Source of the DNA: the human T2T-CHM13v2.0 reference genome, Homo sapiens
Assembly (NCBI RefSeq): GCF_009914755.1
Contig: NC_060925.1
Reading direction: 5' to 3' (one strand)
DNA length: 64,000 nt
The notes beneath the pieces are model-generated. The model made no database searches and was not told the DNA's origin. It saw only the letters and a program-made list of their open reading frames with translations. A program made the position numbers and the translations under genes. Below, one piece after another: positions 14,785 through 27,564 of this stretch (the stretch's first letter is position 1; the number at the start of each line of letters is the position of its first letter).

Positions 14785-15050
14785 TTGGTCTCTTGGTTTG
14801 ATTTCCCTGGGAACTCTGAGATGGAATTCTCAGTTAAAGCCTCCGCCAACCCTACAAGAAACTCTGAAGCAGGAATGATTCTTCGAAGTTTTCCCAAACA
14901 GGGAAAAAATCAAGACATTTTTACCTCAAATAGATCAGCTACTGGATAAAGGCCAACCTGAGAAAGGAACATGCCCTTTAATGAGGATGTTCTTTCCAAC
15001 GAGGCAATTCCCAAAGGATTTTAAGAAGTAAGGGCTATCTGCCATAAGCT
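14785..15050 (-). mobile_element. Old ERVL LTR fragment (LTR33/LTR16-like)
   Basis: AAAGCCTCCGCCAACCCTACAAGAAACTCTGAAGCAGGAATG...GAGGCAATTCCC resembles LTR33-family sequence. Confidence 0.5.
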
Positions 15051-17277
15051 GGGAAAATGGAATAGATGATAGATAAGTCGATAAATCAATCGATAGCTAC
15101 TAGCTAGATAGTTAGCAAATTATTATTGCATGTAGCTATCTATTTTAAGAATAAAATTCCATTACAAAAATTAATTCTTATTAGTAAAACAGAAAGATCT
15201 GGTTTATCCCTCAGTGGGCTATACTATTCATGTTTTAATTAAATTTTTTAAAGGTATAGACAAATTCTGCATTGGTATTTTTTATGGGAATGGTTCTATG
15301 AGAGTTGGTCAAATTAATATATTTGACCATTCTTGCTAAAGGTAATGGACTTATATCAAACCTTAAGTAGAAATGAAAATGTAAATGTATATGTGAAGTA
15401 CAGATTTGAGTATCCAGTTGGTGATAATATCACTCTAAGTTAAAATTAGTTTCAGTTCCTCAAAATGTATGATTTTGACCTTCCTCAGAGTTCTCTTATG
15501 CAATTCATTTTATCTTTAATGAAAGAAGAATGTTAGACAGTTTTTAAGCCTCAGGAATCATAGATTTTGTCTTCTACATATTTTATTTTGTGGCTTGCCC
15601 CAACTAGGGAAAATTACCAAGTGATTAATTATTTCTATAATTCTACACTGTATAATTATTGTCTATGACTTTTTAATCAAGTATTTTTTGTGAATAATTT
15701 TATTTAACCTAGTTGTTTATTAGTAATCATTTGAAATTTTAAAATGTATTCAGAATCAGTGGAGCATATTGGACATAATAAGCCAATATTATTATTAATT
15801 GTTACAATAATTTATATTTTATTCATTAGTAATTTCAGCATGAGAGCTGCTTTACATGCCATTTCACCATACAACCTGCTTTTAAAATGTACAATATTTT
15901 AAACAAAGGGATTCATTGAGTATATGACTTGAAAAAATTATAATATTAATAAATAATATTAACTTTCAAGTAAGTTTTCAGAAAGAGAACAACTTTGAAA
16001 ATGATACTGACATTCAAATAAATATAACATTTTTTACTTAACCCAAGGTTAAGTTTTCTTGAAGTTGTTATTGCTAAAACCTAAAGTTAAGTTTTTGCTT
16101 GAAATTGTTATTGCTGAAATTGTTATTACTGAATTTAAATGTATAGCAGTAGATCAAATTTCATTCTTTAAAACTTTCTTCATGCCCATGACAAGAATAC
16201 AGAACATGGCAGATTTCCTTTCCAAATTCCTGCAAACATGTCTTGCAGGCCTGGCAGCTCAGACAAATTTTGGAAAGCACACAAACTCTGTTACACACAA
16301 TGGTAGTCAAAAAATGATTGCATTCTGCAGCTCTTTTTTGTCGCTCTTTGCCAATTTTCAAAGGGCCCCTTTTTATAGATGTTTGAAATTATTTTTTCAC
16401 AAACAATTTAAACATTTTTAGAGAATGCATAGCTTTTAATGATATTTCTGTGAAATATTATAATTAGGGCCTTAATTAAATGGTGAAAAGTATAGGTAAA
16501 TAACTCATATCATCAGTTATTGAAAAAATATACCTACAGCCATATAACTAACATTACTTAAAGGATCAATCTAGGATATTTTAGATAGCTTGTTTTGAAG
16601 TAGCACATTTATGGCAATACACTGAAACTATTTTATGAAATAAGAGATATGCAGAATTATTGGGACTTTGCATTTTTTACTATTATGCCATTCATAAGAA
16701 TAACTGAAAGTTCTGTTAGACAGTTGTTATTGTTTTACTTATTTAGATAATATTACTGAATTTACAAGTATACAAATTTTAGCTAATGTTCTAATATATT
16801 CACAGAAGCCAAGTACATATCATTTTTAAACCAAAGGGTAGTATATTAAATTTTAAAGAAGGACCTATTTATCATTGTAAAAATTTAGAAAATGCTACAT
16901 GCTATTGGTTTTAAACACTGATCTTTATGTTACATACACTTTTATGTGTATTTTTAAGGATTAAAAAATGAAAAACTTTCTGCATACATATAACTATTGT
17001 TTGACATTTTGCATTTAATTCACAAGTTATTTTCCAAGAATTTTTTCTTTACAATCAATTGATGTTTACCCCAATACTACAAATTAAAATATTATCCATC
17101 ACTGACTTTTTTTTTTTTTTTTACAGAGTTTTCAATTAACTTTCAGGGATGATAAAGCAAAATAAATTGCTGCTACTGAAATTCAATTTAATAGGTGTGT
17201 TTTTTCATTTTCCAGTAAACAATAAACCAGGTATTTGAAATACAGATCAAAGTGAACGTAAGATTGTCAAAAATACA

Positions 17278-17816
17278 CAGTAGCGCCCCCTCCCCCCTTA
17301 TTTCCTCCTTCACTTTCTGTGGTGTTAGTTACCTGTAGTAAACCATGGTCTAAAACTTTTAAATGGAAACTTCCAGAAATAATTCATAAGTTTCAAATTG
17401 TGCGTTTTTGAGTAGTATGATAGAATCCCACACCATCCCACTCAGTTCTGCCCACTAGTCAATTATCCCTTTGTTTAGTGTCCATGCTGTATGCTACCTG
17501 ACATTTTAGTACACAGTTATCTTTTAGCAGTTGTCTGGGTTATCAGATCGACCCATCACAACAAGGGTGAGTAAAATACGATAAAACATTTTGTAGAGGT
17601 AGAGACCACACTCACAAAGTTATTATAAATGTTCCATTGGTAATTATTATCTTAGTTAATCTCTTACTGTGCATAATTTATAAAGTAAACTATCTGTAGA
17701 AATATATGTACATGTAGGAGAAAATATAGTTTATATAGGATTCAGCTGTATCCATGGTTTCAGGCATCCACTGAAGGCCTTGGACCGTATTCCCTGTAGG
17801 TAAGAAGGGACTAGTG
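17278..17816 (+). mobile_element. MER44 (MER44B-size) Tigger-family MITE
   Basis: Termini CAGTAG..CCCC..CTTAT and TAAGAAGGGACTAGTG followed by TA. Internal AAATGGAAACTTCCAGAAATAA and TTTCAGGCATCCACTG match MER44. Length 539 bp. Confidence 0.8.
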
Positions 17817-18129
17817 TATAACTCAGAGAACAAATGTTCACAGTCTTAACAATTTTAAACCTCTGAAAGAGTAGCATTTCAATTCTAAATTAATTATTTT
17901 GAACAGTTATTACTGTAACATTTGATTTACATTCTAAAATGTAAAGTAGTAGCCAAATAATAGAAAAGTCCATATTTTTCACGGGAAATTGTTTTGAAAA
18001 AAATTGGAGTCACATATATTTAAATGCCACAAAAAAGGAAATGTTAAAGCTTTTGTTTTCTTAATAAAGTAGCCATGTTTTCTTAGTTTAAATATTTGAT
18101 TTCAGAAATTTTACAAATAGGTTCTAAAA

Positions 18130-18502
18130 GTGTGATTTTGTGTTTAAATTTTCTTCTGTTTTGACTTCATAGGATTTCTTGAGTCTATGATTTATTGTTT
18201 TATGAAATCTTTGAAAATTTCTCAGATGTTCTCTCTTTGAACATTGTTATCTACAGCATTCTTTTTCTCCTACTGTGAGACAATATACACTTATATGAAA
18301 AGCTTATGCTGTTTGCTTGATAAATCTTTGGCTCTTTTAATCAAACATTTTTATAATTTTTGCTCTCTATGTCTTAGGATTGTTATTTTTTATTTATCTG
18401 CTTTGTAGTTGGCCTATTATCTTTTCTTCCATGAAAAACCTTCTGTTATATCCCTCTATTGAATTCTTAATTTCAAATATTGCACTTGCCAGTTCTAGAA
18501 TT
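18130..18502 (-). mobile_element. Old L1M ORF1-region fragment
   Basis: The minus strand reads AATTCTAGAACTGGCAAGTGCAATATTTGAAATTAAGAATTCAATAGA..., which is typical L1M ORF1 sequence. Confidence 0.55.
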
Positions 18503-19340
18503 ATATGTGTGTGTGTATATATATATACACACACATATATATTTTTAAAATATATATATTTAAAATATATATATAATTTAAATATATATATTTAATATAT
18601 ATATTTAAATTTAAATATATATATTAAATATATATTTAATATATAAATATATATTTTAAATATATATTTAATATATAAATATATATTTTAAATATATATT
18701 TATATATAAATATATATTTAAATTTATATACATTTTTAAATATATATTTTATACAAAATATTTTATATAAAAATTTATATATTTTTAAAAGATATATATT
18801 TAAATATTTTTAAAATATATATATTTTATAATATATAATTTATATTATAATGTGTACATAATATATATTATAATATAATATATATAATACTATATATTAT
18901 ATTATATATATTATAATATATATTATAATATATTATATTATACATATTATAATGTATTATAATATATATTATATTATATATTATAATATATATTATATTA
19001 TATATTATAATATATATTATATTATATTATATATATTATAATACATATTATAATACATATTATATAATATATTATAATATGTATTATAATACATATTATA
19101 TAATATATTATAATATGTATTATAATACATATTATATAATATATTATAATATATTATATATAATAATATATTATAATACATATTATATATAATATATATT
19201 ATGTATATTATATATAATATATATTACAATATATATTATGTATATTATATATAATATATATTACAATATATATTATATATATTATATATTATAATATATA
19301 TTATATATATTATATATCATATTATACATATTATATATCA
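18503..19340. repeat. ~840-bp AT-only low-complexity island (TA/TTAAA then TATTA/TAATA units)
   Basis: Directly visible. Almost no G or C over ~840 bp. Confidence 0.97.
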
Positions 19341-20872
19341 AGAGATACTAAAGAAATATTCCAGTTAAAGCACAAAAAGACAAAAAGTTGGAAAATGTGA
19401 ACAGTTATATGAGAGACATACGGGAGAAACCGAAAAGATTACTTATGCAATTAGAATCCTAGAAGAATAATTCCAGTTGATGCAGAAGCATTATATTAAA
19501 TGATATTAATAAATACACATAGTGTATATTTAAGGTGTATAAAGTGATGTTTTGATATACATATACATTGCAATCAAGCTAATTAATCTATACATCATTT
19601 CACATATTAACCATTTTTCCTTTTCATTGAGAACTCTTACAATCTAATCTTAGAAAATTTCAAGTATGAAATACATTATTGTCAACTATAGTCAATCTGC
19701 TATACATTAGATTGCCAGAACTTATTCATTTTATAACTGAAAGTTTGCACTTTATGACCCAAATCCTCATATTTCTCTCATACACCTAACCCCTGACAAC
19801 CACTGTGCAAACATTCAATTTGACTGTTTTAGATTCTACATATCAGTAAGATCATGCAGGACTGTCTTTCTGTGTCCAGGTTATTTCACTTAGCATAATG
19901 TCTTCCAGGTTCATCCATGTTGTCACAATTGACAGGATTTTTTAAGGGCTAAATAATATTTCTGTATAATAATTTCAAAATAATATTCCTGTTTCCATAT
20001 CTTGACTATTATGAATAATACAACAATGAAAATGTGACCCAAGATGTCTTCAACATGCTACTTTCATTTTCATTGTATACACATCCAAAAGTGGGATTGC
20101 TGGAAAATATGGTGGTTTTTTTTTTTACTTTTTAAGGAACCTTCATACTATTTTTCATAATGGCTATACCAATTTACATTTACACTAACAGCATATAAAA
20201 GTTCCTTTTTCTCCACATCCTCAACAACACTTGTTACCTTTTTTCTTTTTTATAAAAGCCATCTTAATGTTGTGAGTTCTTATTTCTTTGTGATTTTGAT
20301 TTGCATTTTTTTGATGATCTCTGATGTTGAGTACCATTTTATATGCCTGTCAGACTTTTGTATGTCTTCTTTGGGAAAATGTCTCTTCAGATCTTTTCCT
20401 CATTTTTAAATCAGGTCATTATTATTATATTTTGCTATTGAGTTTTGTGTGTGTATATAAATACACATACAACTTTCTTATATATTTTAGATATTAGGCT
20501 TTTATTGGATATATAATTTGCAAATATTTTCTCCCATTCCATAGGTTTCCTTTACTGATTGTTGTCTCCATTACTGTGTGGAAACTTTTTGGTTTGATGT
20601 TATCACAGATATTTTTGCTTTAGTTGCCTGTGCTTTTGGTGTTATACCCCCCCAAAAAATTCAAAGAACTTTTTACGTATGTTTTCTTTGGATTTTTACA
20701 GTTTCAGGTTTTACATTGAAGTCTATGCATTGATTTTTGTGTATGATATAATATAAGGGCCCGATTTTGTTACTTGGCATCTGAACATCCAGTTATCCCA
20801 ATGGCGTTTAACAAAGACACTGTTCTTTCACCATTGTGTATTCTTGGCACTTTTGTTGAATATTAGTTGAAT

Positions 20873-20874
<2 letters not shown>

Positions 20875-20926
<52 letters not shown>
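20875..20926. repeat. (AT)26 microsatellite within L1MA
   Basis: Perfect dinucleotide run. Confidence 0.97.
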
Positions 20927-20928
<2 letters not shown>

Positions 20929-21341
20929 GTTTGTTTCTGTGATCTTTATTGTGTTCTGTTGCTCCATGTGTCTTTTTTTATGCCAGTACCACACTGTTTT
21001 GATTACTATAGCTTTGTGACATTATTTGAAATCAGGTAATGTATGCCTTCAGCTTTGTTCTTGTTCTTAAGTTTCTTTGACTATTTGTGATCTTTTCTGG
21101 TTGCATATAAGTTTTAGGATTGTTTTCTGTTTCTGTGAAAAATGCTATTAGAATTTTGATAGGAATTGCATTGAATCTGTAAAATCTGTAGTACAGACAT
21201 TTTAATAACATTAATTCTTTCAATCCAGAAGTATGTGATATCTTTACATTTGTTTGTGTCTCCTTTAATTTTTTTAATCAATGTTTTATAGTGTTCAGTA
21301 TACACATCATTCACCTCCTTTGTTAAGTTTATTCCTAAATA

Positions 21342-21438
21342 CTGACAATCCTGACTTAGAAGGGCTCAACTTACAATGTTCTCGACTTATACGATGGGTT
21401 TATCAAGATATAACCTTTTGTAGGTCTAGAGGAATCTG
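21342..21438 (-). mobile_element. MER47C-like 97-bp Tigger MITE nested in L1MA
   Basis: Flanked by TA on both sides (21340-41 and 21439-40). Contains GACTTA subrepeats and ACGATGGGTTTATC. L1 sequence resumes colinearly on both sides. Confidence 0.8.
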
Positions 21439-22224
21439 TATACATTCTTTTGTTTTTCATTATAGTAAATGGGATTATTTTCTTAATTTCTTTTTTAGGT
21501 ATTTTGATGTCTCTTCCTCTGACATGTAAATGGCAGTTTCTGTGGTTGTTATTGTGTTTCTGTTCCTCTCATGGGTGTGCACTGTGGGTGTGTGTGTGTG
21601 TGCGTGTACAATATAACTTGTCATTTTAACTCACAGAAATCTGTGTCAAAACAAGCCACATCTGAGCTTAATGCAGAGATTTTCTTAAATCAAAACGGCC
21701 ACATATTATACAAAAGTCCACGATATTGAGCTGAATGTTCTCACTATAAGAAACTTTTTCTTTTTGTTTTTCTTTTTCTTCTTTGGAGATGAGTGTATTT
21801 TGAATGGGGAAAAGAGAATGAACCAAGTGGTGTTTGATGAGTTGAAGGGTGGATGACAGTAAGAATTATTATGTGCAAAAATTGTATTTTTCTTTATTTC
21901 TAGGCATGAGGTAAAATTGTACCTCCTAACTACTCCCCAGTTGTAAGGTTTGGCTAAGTTGTTTATTTTGTCTAGTAAAATGCAATTGGAAGCTCCATCA
22001 GTTACTTCCAGTAGGACCTTCAAGTGTCAGTGCATTGGTGGCCATGGTCTTCCTTCCCTCCCTCTATGATTATTGACCATGTTTCTAGAAGGAGTTCTTT
22101 CAAGAGTCTGATTATCCAAAAGAGGACATCGTAAAAACATATAATTAGTTGAACTGTGCAGCAGTGAGATCCAGAAAACTTAAAAATAAATATTTTTTGT
22201 AAATGATGAAAATTCATATTTTTC

Positions 22225-22300
22225 TTTTTGCTTTTATTATTTTTTTAATTGACACATAATAATTGTACCTACTTTGTGGTACAGTGTGATATTTCAAAAA
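22225..22300 (-). mobile_element. Short L1MA 3' terminal fragment
   Basis: T-rich tail followed by TTAATTGACACATAATAATTGTAC...GTACAGTGTGATATTTCAA. Confidence 0.6.
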
Positions 22301-22906
22301 TACATGGAACATTTCACAAATCTGTGTCATCCTTCTTCAAGGGCCCTGCTAATATTCTCTATATCATTCACATTTTTGTATATACCATCAAAGTAAGCAC
22401 TCTTTACTGTTTTAAAGCCCTAAGATTTGGAGTTAATAATTAACACAGAAAAATATAACCCATCTTTACTGATATGTGAGCATACATTGTTTTATTGTGC
22501 TTTGCTTTATAGTACTTTGAAATCACTGCATTTTTTAAAAAAAGAAATTAAAATTTTGTGGCAACCCTGCCTGGAGGAAGACCATATGATCTATTTATTT
22601 TTCAATAGCATGTGCTCACTTTGTGTCTCTCTGTCACATTTTGGCAATTCTGACAATATTTCAAATATTTTCATTAGTTTTATATTTGTTATGGTGATCT
22701 GTGACTGATCATAGATGTTGCTGTCATTTGTAATTGTGTTGGGGCAGTATGAACCATGCCCATATAAGATGGTGAACTTAATTAATAATGTTGTATGCAT
22801 ACTAAATGCTCCGCCAATCAACCAGTTTCACATCACTCTCCCTCTTTGTGGGCTGCCATATTCCCTAAGACATGACAATATTTCAGTCAGGCCAATTAGT
22901 CCTACA

Positions 22907-24653
22907 ATGGCCTCAATGTTTTCCAATAAGTCTCTCAATGTAAATAAAAAGCTAGAAGTGATGATTAACCATTGTGAGGAAGGTATGTTGAAAGCCAAGG
23001 TACGCTGAAAATGAGGCCTCGTCTCCAAAAATGTTAACCAAGCTGTGAATGCAAAGGAAAATTTCTTGAAGGAAACTAAAGTTGCTATTTCAATGAACAA
23101 AGGAATAGTAAAAGAATGAAATAGTCTTATTGATGATATGCAGAAAGTTTGAGTGGTCTAGGTAAAAGATCAAACAAGCCACAACATTCTCTTAAGCCAA
23201 AGCCTAATCCAGAGCAAAGCCCTAATGCTCTTCAATTCCATGAAGGTTGAGAGAGGTGACTAAGCTATAAAAGGAACACTGGAAGCTAGCAAAGTTGTTT
23301 CATGAGGTTTAAGGGGAGAAGCTGTATCCATATCATAAAAGTGCAAGGTGAAGCAGCAAGTCTTAATGCAGAAGCTTCAGCAAGTTATGCAGAAGATCTG
23401 GCTGCGATAATTTATGATGGTGGCTACAATAAACAACAGATTTGCAATGTAGAAAAAACAGCTTTATACTGGAAAAACCTACCTTCCATAATTTTTGTAA
23501 CTGGAAAGGAGAAGTCAATGCCTGGTTTCAAAGCTCCAGAAAACAGGCTGACTCTCTTGTTAGGAGCTAATGTACTTGGTGACTTTAAGTGGAAGCCAAT
23601 TCTCATTTATCATTATGAAAATCCTAGAGCCCTTAGGAATCTACTCTGCCTGTGCTCTAGAAATGAGGCACAACAAAGCCTTGATGACAGTATATCTGTT
23701 TACAGCATGGTTTACTGAATATTTTAAACCCACTGTTGAGAGCTACTGCTCAGAAGAAAAGATACCTTTCAAAACATTACTGCTCATTGCCAAAGCACCG
23801 GGTCACCCAAGAATTCTTATGAAACAGTGTAAGCTGATTAATATGTTTATACCCATTAACAAAGCATCCATTCTTCAGCCCATGGATGAAGGAGTAATTT
23901 TACTTTCAACTCTTATTATTTAAGAAATACACTTCATAAGGCTATAGCTGTCACAGGCAATGATTCCTCTGATGGACTTGTGCAAAGTAAATTGAAACCT
24001 TCTCAAAAAGATTCACCATTCTAGATGTCACTAGGAACATTTGTGATTCATGGAAGGACGTCAAAATATCAATATTAACTGAAGTTTGAAAGAAGTTAAT
24101 GCCAATTGTCATGGATTATTTTGAGAGCATTCAAGATATCATTGGAGGGAGTAACTGCAGACCAAGAGAGACAGAATTAGAAGTGGAGCCTAAATAAGAA
24201 ACTGGAGTGCTGCAAACTAATGATAAATCTTGAACAAATGAAGAGTTGCTTCCTATAAATGAGCAAAACGGTGGTTTCTTGTGATGGAATCTACCCCTAG
24301 TGAGGATTTTGTGAACATTGTTGAAATGACAACAAAGTATTTGTATTATTAATACATAAAGGTAGTTGATAAAGGAGTGGCAGAATTTGAAAAAATAGAC
24401 TGCATTAGTGAAAGAAGTTCTACTGTAGGTAAAATGCTATCAAACAGCATTGCGTGCTACAGAGAAATCTTTAATGAAAAGAAGAGTCAATTGATGCAGC
24501 ATACTTTGTTGTTGTCTTATTCTGAGAAATTGTCACAGCAAACCCTACCTTCAGAAACCCCCACACTTATCAGGAGGCAACCATCAATTTTGAGGCACTG
24601 CTCTCTACAAGCAAACAGTATAGGATTTGGCTGAAGACTCAGATAACCATTAG
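22907..24653 (+). pseudogene. Disrupted Tigger1 (TIGD1-like, pogo/CENP-B family) transposase
   Basis: ORF fragments [67 protein letters not shown] and [10 protein letters not shown] lie in different frames with stops between them. Confidence 0.9.
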
Positions 24654-24674
24654 CATTTTTTAGCAATACCATAT

Positions 24675-25224
24675 ATTTTATTTTATTTTATTATTATTAC
24701 ACTTTAAGTTTTAGGGTACATGTGCACAATGTGCAGGTTAGTTACACATATATACATGTGCCATGTTGGTGTGCTGCACCCATTAACTCGTCATTTAACA
24801 TTAGGTATATCTCCTAATGCTATCCCTCCCCCCTCCCCCCACCCCACAACAGTCCCCAGAGTGTGATATTCCCCTTCCTGTGTCCATGTGTTCTCATTGT
24901 TCAATTCCCACCTATGAGTGAGAACATGCAGTGTTTGGTTTTTTGTCCCTGCGATAGTTTACTGAGAATGATGATTTCCAATTGCATCCACGTCCCTACA
25001 AAGGAGATGAACTCATCATTTTTTATGGCTGCATAGTATTCCATGGTGTATATGTGCCACATTTTCTTAATCCAGTCTATCATTGTTGGACATTTGGGTT
25101 GGTTCCAAGTCTTTGCTATTGTGAATAGCGCCGCAATAAACATACGTGTGCATGTGTCTTTATAGCAGCATGATTTATAGTCCTTTGGGTATATACCCAG
25201 TAATGGGATGGCTGGGGCAAATGG
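24675..25224 (-). mobile_element. 5'-truncated L1PA (young, about L1PA3-4) with 14-bp TSD
   Basis: TSD TAGCAATACCATAT at 24661-24674 and 25225-25238. ORF 24901-25236 is the ORF2p C-terminus (PAIPLLGIYPKDYKSCCYKDTCTRMF...FSLIGGN). Primate L1 3'UTR with G-rich tract. Confidence 0.97.
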
Positions 25225-26114
25225 TAGCAATACCATATTTTTAAATTAAGGTATTTTCACTGTTGATTTGTAGTTGTGTTGGGAAACTATGAACCATGCC
25301 CATATAAGATGGTGAACTTAACTCATAATGTTGTATGCATACTGAATGCTGTTAAACACTTAGCAGACTGTGTAGCATAAACATAACTTTGATATGAACG
25401 TGGAAACCAAAAAAAAAGAAATTAGATGAACGTCTTTATTGAATATTTGAATATTTACTTTATTTGAATATTTGCTTTATTGTGCTGGTCTGGAACCATG
25501 TGGAACAATGTGTCTGAGGTATGCCTATAACTATCTTTTTTGGTTGATACTCAATTTTTCCTAAAATTAAAAATTTCTGAAGTATTGGAATATATTGCGA
25601 TGCTATTCCTTTAAGGTGGAGATTTTTTTAATAAACACATTAGTTATATGAATGCAAACAAATACACAATTGCATGTGTGTGCACACACACACACAACAC
25701 ACCCCATAATGTTGAAATACACACCCAAATGGGTAAAAAACTGCATCTGTATATTTTTAAAATGTATATTTTTAAAATAAGCATTTCTATTATTAGATAT
25801 CTTAGAATATGTTTATATTTAAACTTAAGTTTGATATTTTTAACAAGTTTTCTCCAAAAGTATTAATTTCTGGCTTGTGTTTTCTATAAATACAATGAGT
25901 CTGTTTTCTCCTTTGTTTTACTTTGTGTTTAAATTTTTAAAAAGATAAAGTCAATAAGGGTATTTGGGGAATATATTGGACTAAGACTGGGTTCATCATT
26001 CTGTGTTTCTTTCAATTGCCCACTCTGTCACCTCCACAAATGAAATAAGTGTATCCTAACATTAGAACCAATTTCTCAGAAGCATAAGAAATGTTTGTCC
26101 CAGAGAGAGCCTAG

Positions 26115-26435
<321 letters not shown>

Positions 26436-26582
26436 AAGATAGGCTTTTAAATCCTGGGATCAGCAGTCTTGGAAGAAGCCAAGTTTGGAGAGAAGCTATG
26501 GGGTACTACAAAGAAGTTATTCATGTACAAAGTTAGGAAAAGCAAGAGTTAACATTTATTAAAGCGCAGGTTAAAAGGATAG

Positions 26583-26812
26583 TGTTTTAGTTCATTTTCT
26601 GGAGCTTATAATAGAATAGCTGAAACTGGGCAATTTATAAAGAAAAAGAATTTATTTCTTACAGTTACAGAGGCTGAGAAGTCCAAGGTTGAGGGACACC
26701 AACTGGTGAGGGCCTTCTTGCTGGTGAGGACTCTTTGCAGAGTCCCCCATTGGCAAAGGGCATTACATCATGAGGGGGCTGAGTGTGCTAGCTCAGGTCT
26801 CTCTTCCTCTTC
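26583..26812 (-). mobile_element. Partial MaLR LTR (MST/MLT1A group)
   Basis: TGTTTTAGTTCATT terminus and AATTTATTTCTTACAGTT..GAGGCTGAGAAGTCCAAG..TGGTGAGGGCCTTCTTGCTG. Cut off at the L1 tail. Confidence 0.85.
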
Positions 26813-27243
26813 TTTTTTTTATTTTTATTTTTTATTATACTTTAAGTTTTAGGGTACATGTGCACAACGTGCAGTTTTGTTACATATGCATACATGTGCC
26901 ATGTTGGTGTGCCACACCCGTTAACTCCTCATTTATATTAGGTATATCCCCTAATGTTATCCCTCCCCCCTCCCCCCACCAGACAGCATGCCCCAGGGTG
27001 TGATGTCCCCCTTCCTGTGTCCATGTGCTCTCATTGTTCAATTCCCACCTATGAGTGAGAACACGCAGTGTTTGGTTTTTTGTCTTTGTGATAGTTTGCT
27101 GAGAATGATGGTTTCCAGCTTCATCTATGTCCCTACAAAGGACATGAACTCATCATTTTTTATGGCTGCATAGTATTCCATGGTGTATGTGTGCCACATT
27201 TTCTTAATCCAGTCTATCATTGTTGCACATTTGGGTTGGTCCC
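26813..27243 (-). mobile_element. L1PA 3' end (about L1PA4-6), 430 bp
   Basis: TTATTATACTTTAAGTTTTAGGGTACATGTGCACAACGTGCAG... is the primate L1 3' end in antisense. Confidence 0.95.
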
Positions 27244-27564
27244 AATGACCATCATTTTGTGTACAACTTAAGAAGTGTTACTAGCTGACATGAGAGCATC
27301 TTAGCACTATACAGAAGTGGCTGTCCTTAGCAGAACCCTGGAAGTCATCTTTGTACTGGCTATCTAATACTGATTTGACAGGAAGACATGATGGGTGACT
27401 ATTCCCATGGCTGAGAGGATGATTGACTTACCCAGGTTTCATGTGTACACTCCTGACAAGAAGTAACCTCTCTACCTGGACTGATAAACATCTCAGTTGA
27501 CTTTTCAGGAAATCCCCACTTCCCATCACTTGAACAGAAATGACTTCCTTAGATATACTAAAGC

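Larger units (their letters stand above)
19501..21510 (-). mobile_element. L1MA (L1MA8/9-like) 3' portion, ~2 kb
   Basis: Antisense L1MA 3'UTR (CAAGCTAATTAA, CAGAACTTATTCAT, TTATTTCACTTAGCATAATG) runs into ORF2. ORF remnants FNAIPIKI and HYKTLIKKIKGDTNK match L1 ORF2p. Confidence 0.9.
22477..25527 (+). mobile_element. Near full-length Tigger1 DNA transposon, interrupted by an L1PA
   Basis: Left end (GCATAC..TGTTTTATTGTGCTTTGCTTTAT) and right end (GAGGTATGCCT followed by TA) match Tigger1 termini, with transposase remnants between them. About 2.4 kb after removing the inserts. Confidence 0.95.

Noticed and set aside
16059-16421. 120-aa ORF and a p53-like half-site AAACATGTCT near 16234
   Set aside because: TTG start inside a local duplication and no homology that I recognise. 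There is only one half-site, which is expected by chance.
18840-19340. Periodic TATTATA/TAATA units as a CRISPR-like or coded array
   Set aside because: No unique spacers or constant repeat. This is ordinary AT-rich minisatellite decay in a primate genome.
23302-23923. Overlapping 138-aa and 117-aa transposase ORFs as a domesticated TIGD-like gene
   Set aside because: Multiple stops and frameshifts occur across the transposase, and the catalytic region is degraded (NVEKT where NVDET is expected).
24901-25236. 111-aa ORF with strong protein-like sequence
   Set aside because: It is the C-terminus of L1 ORF2p in a 550-bp truncated L1PA. The start lies in the TSD and there is no promoter.
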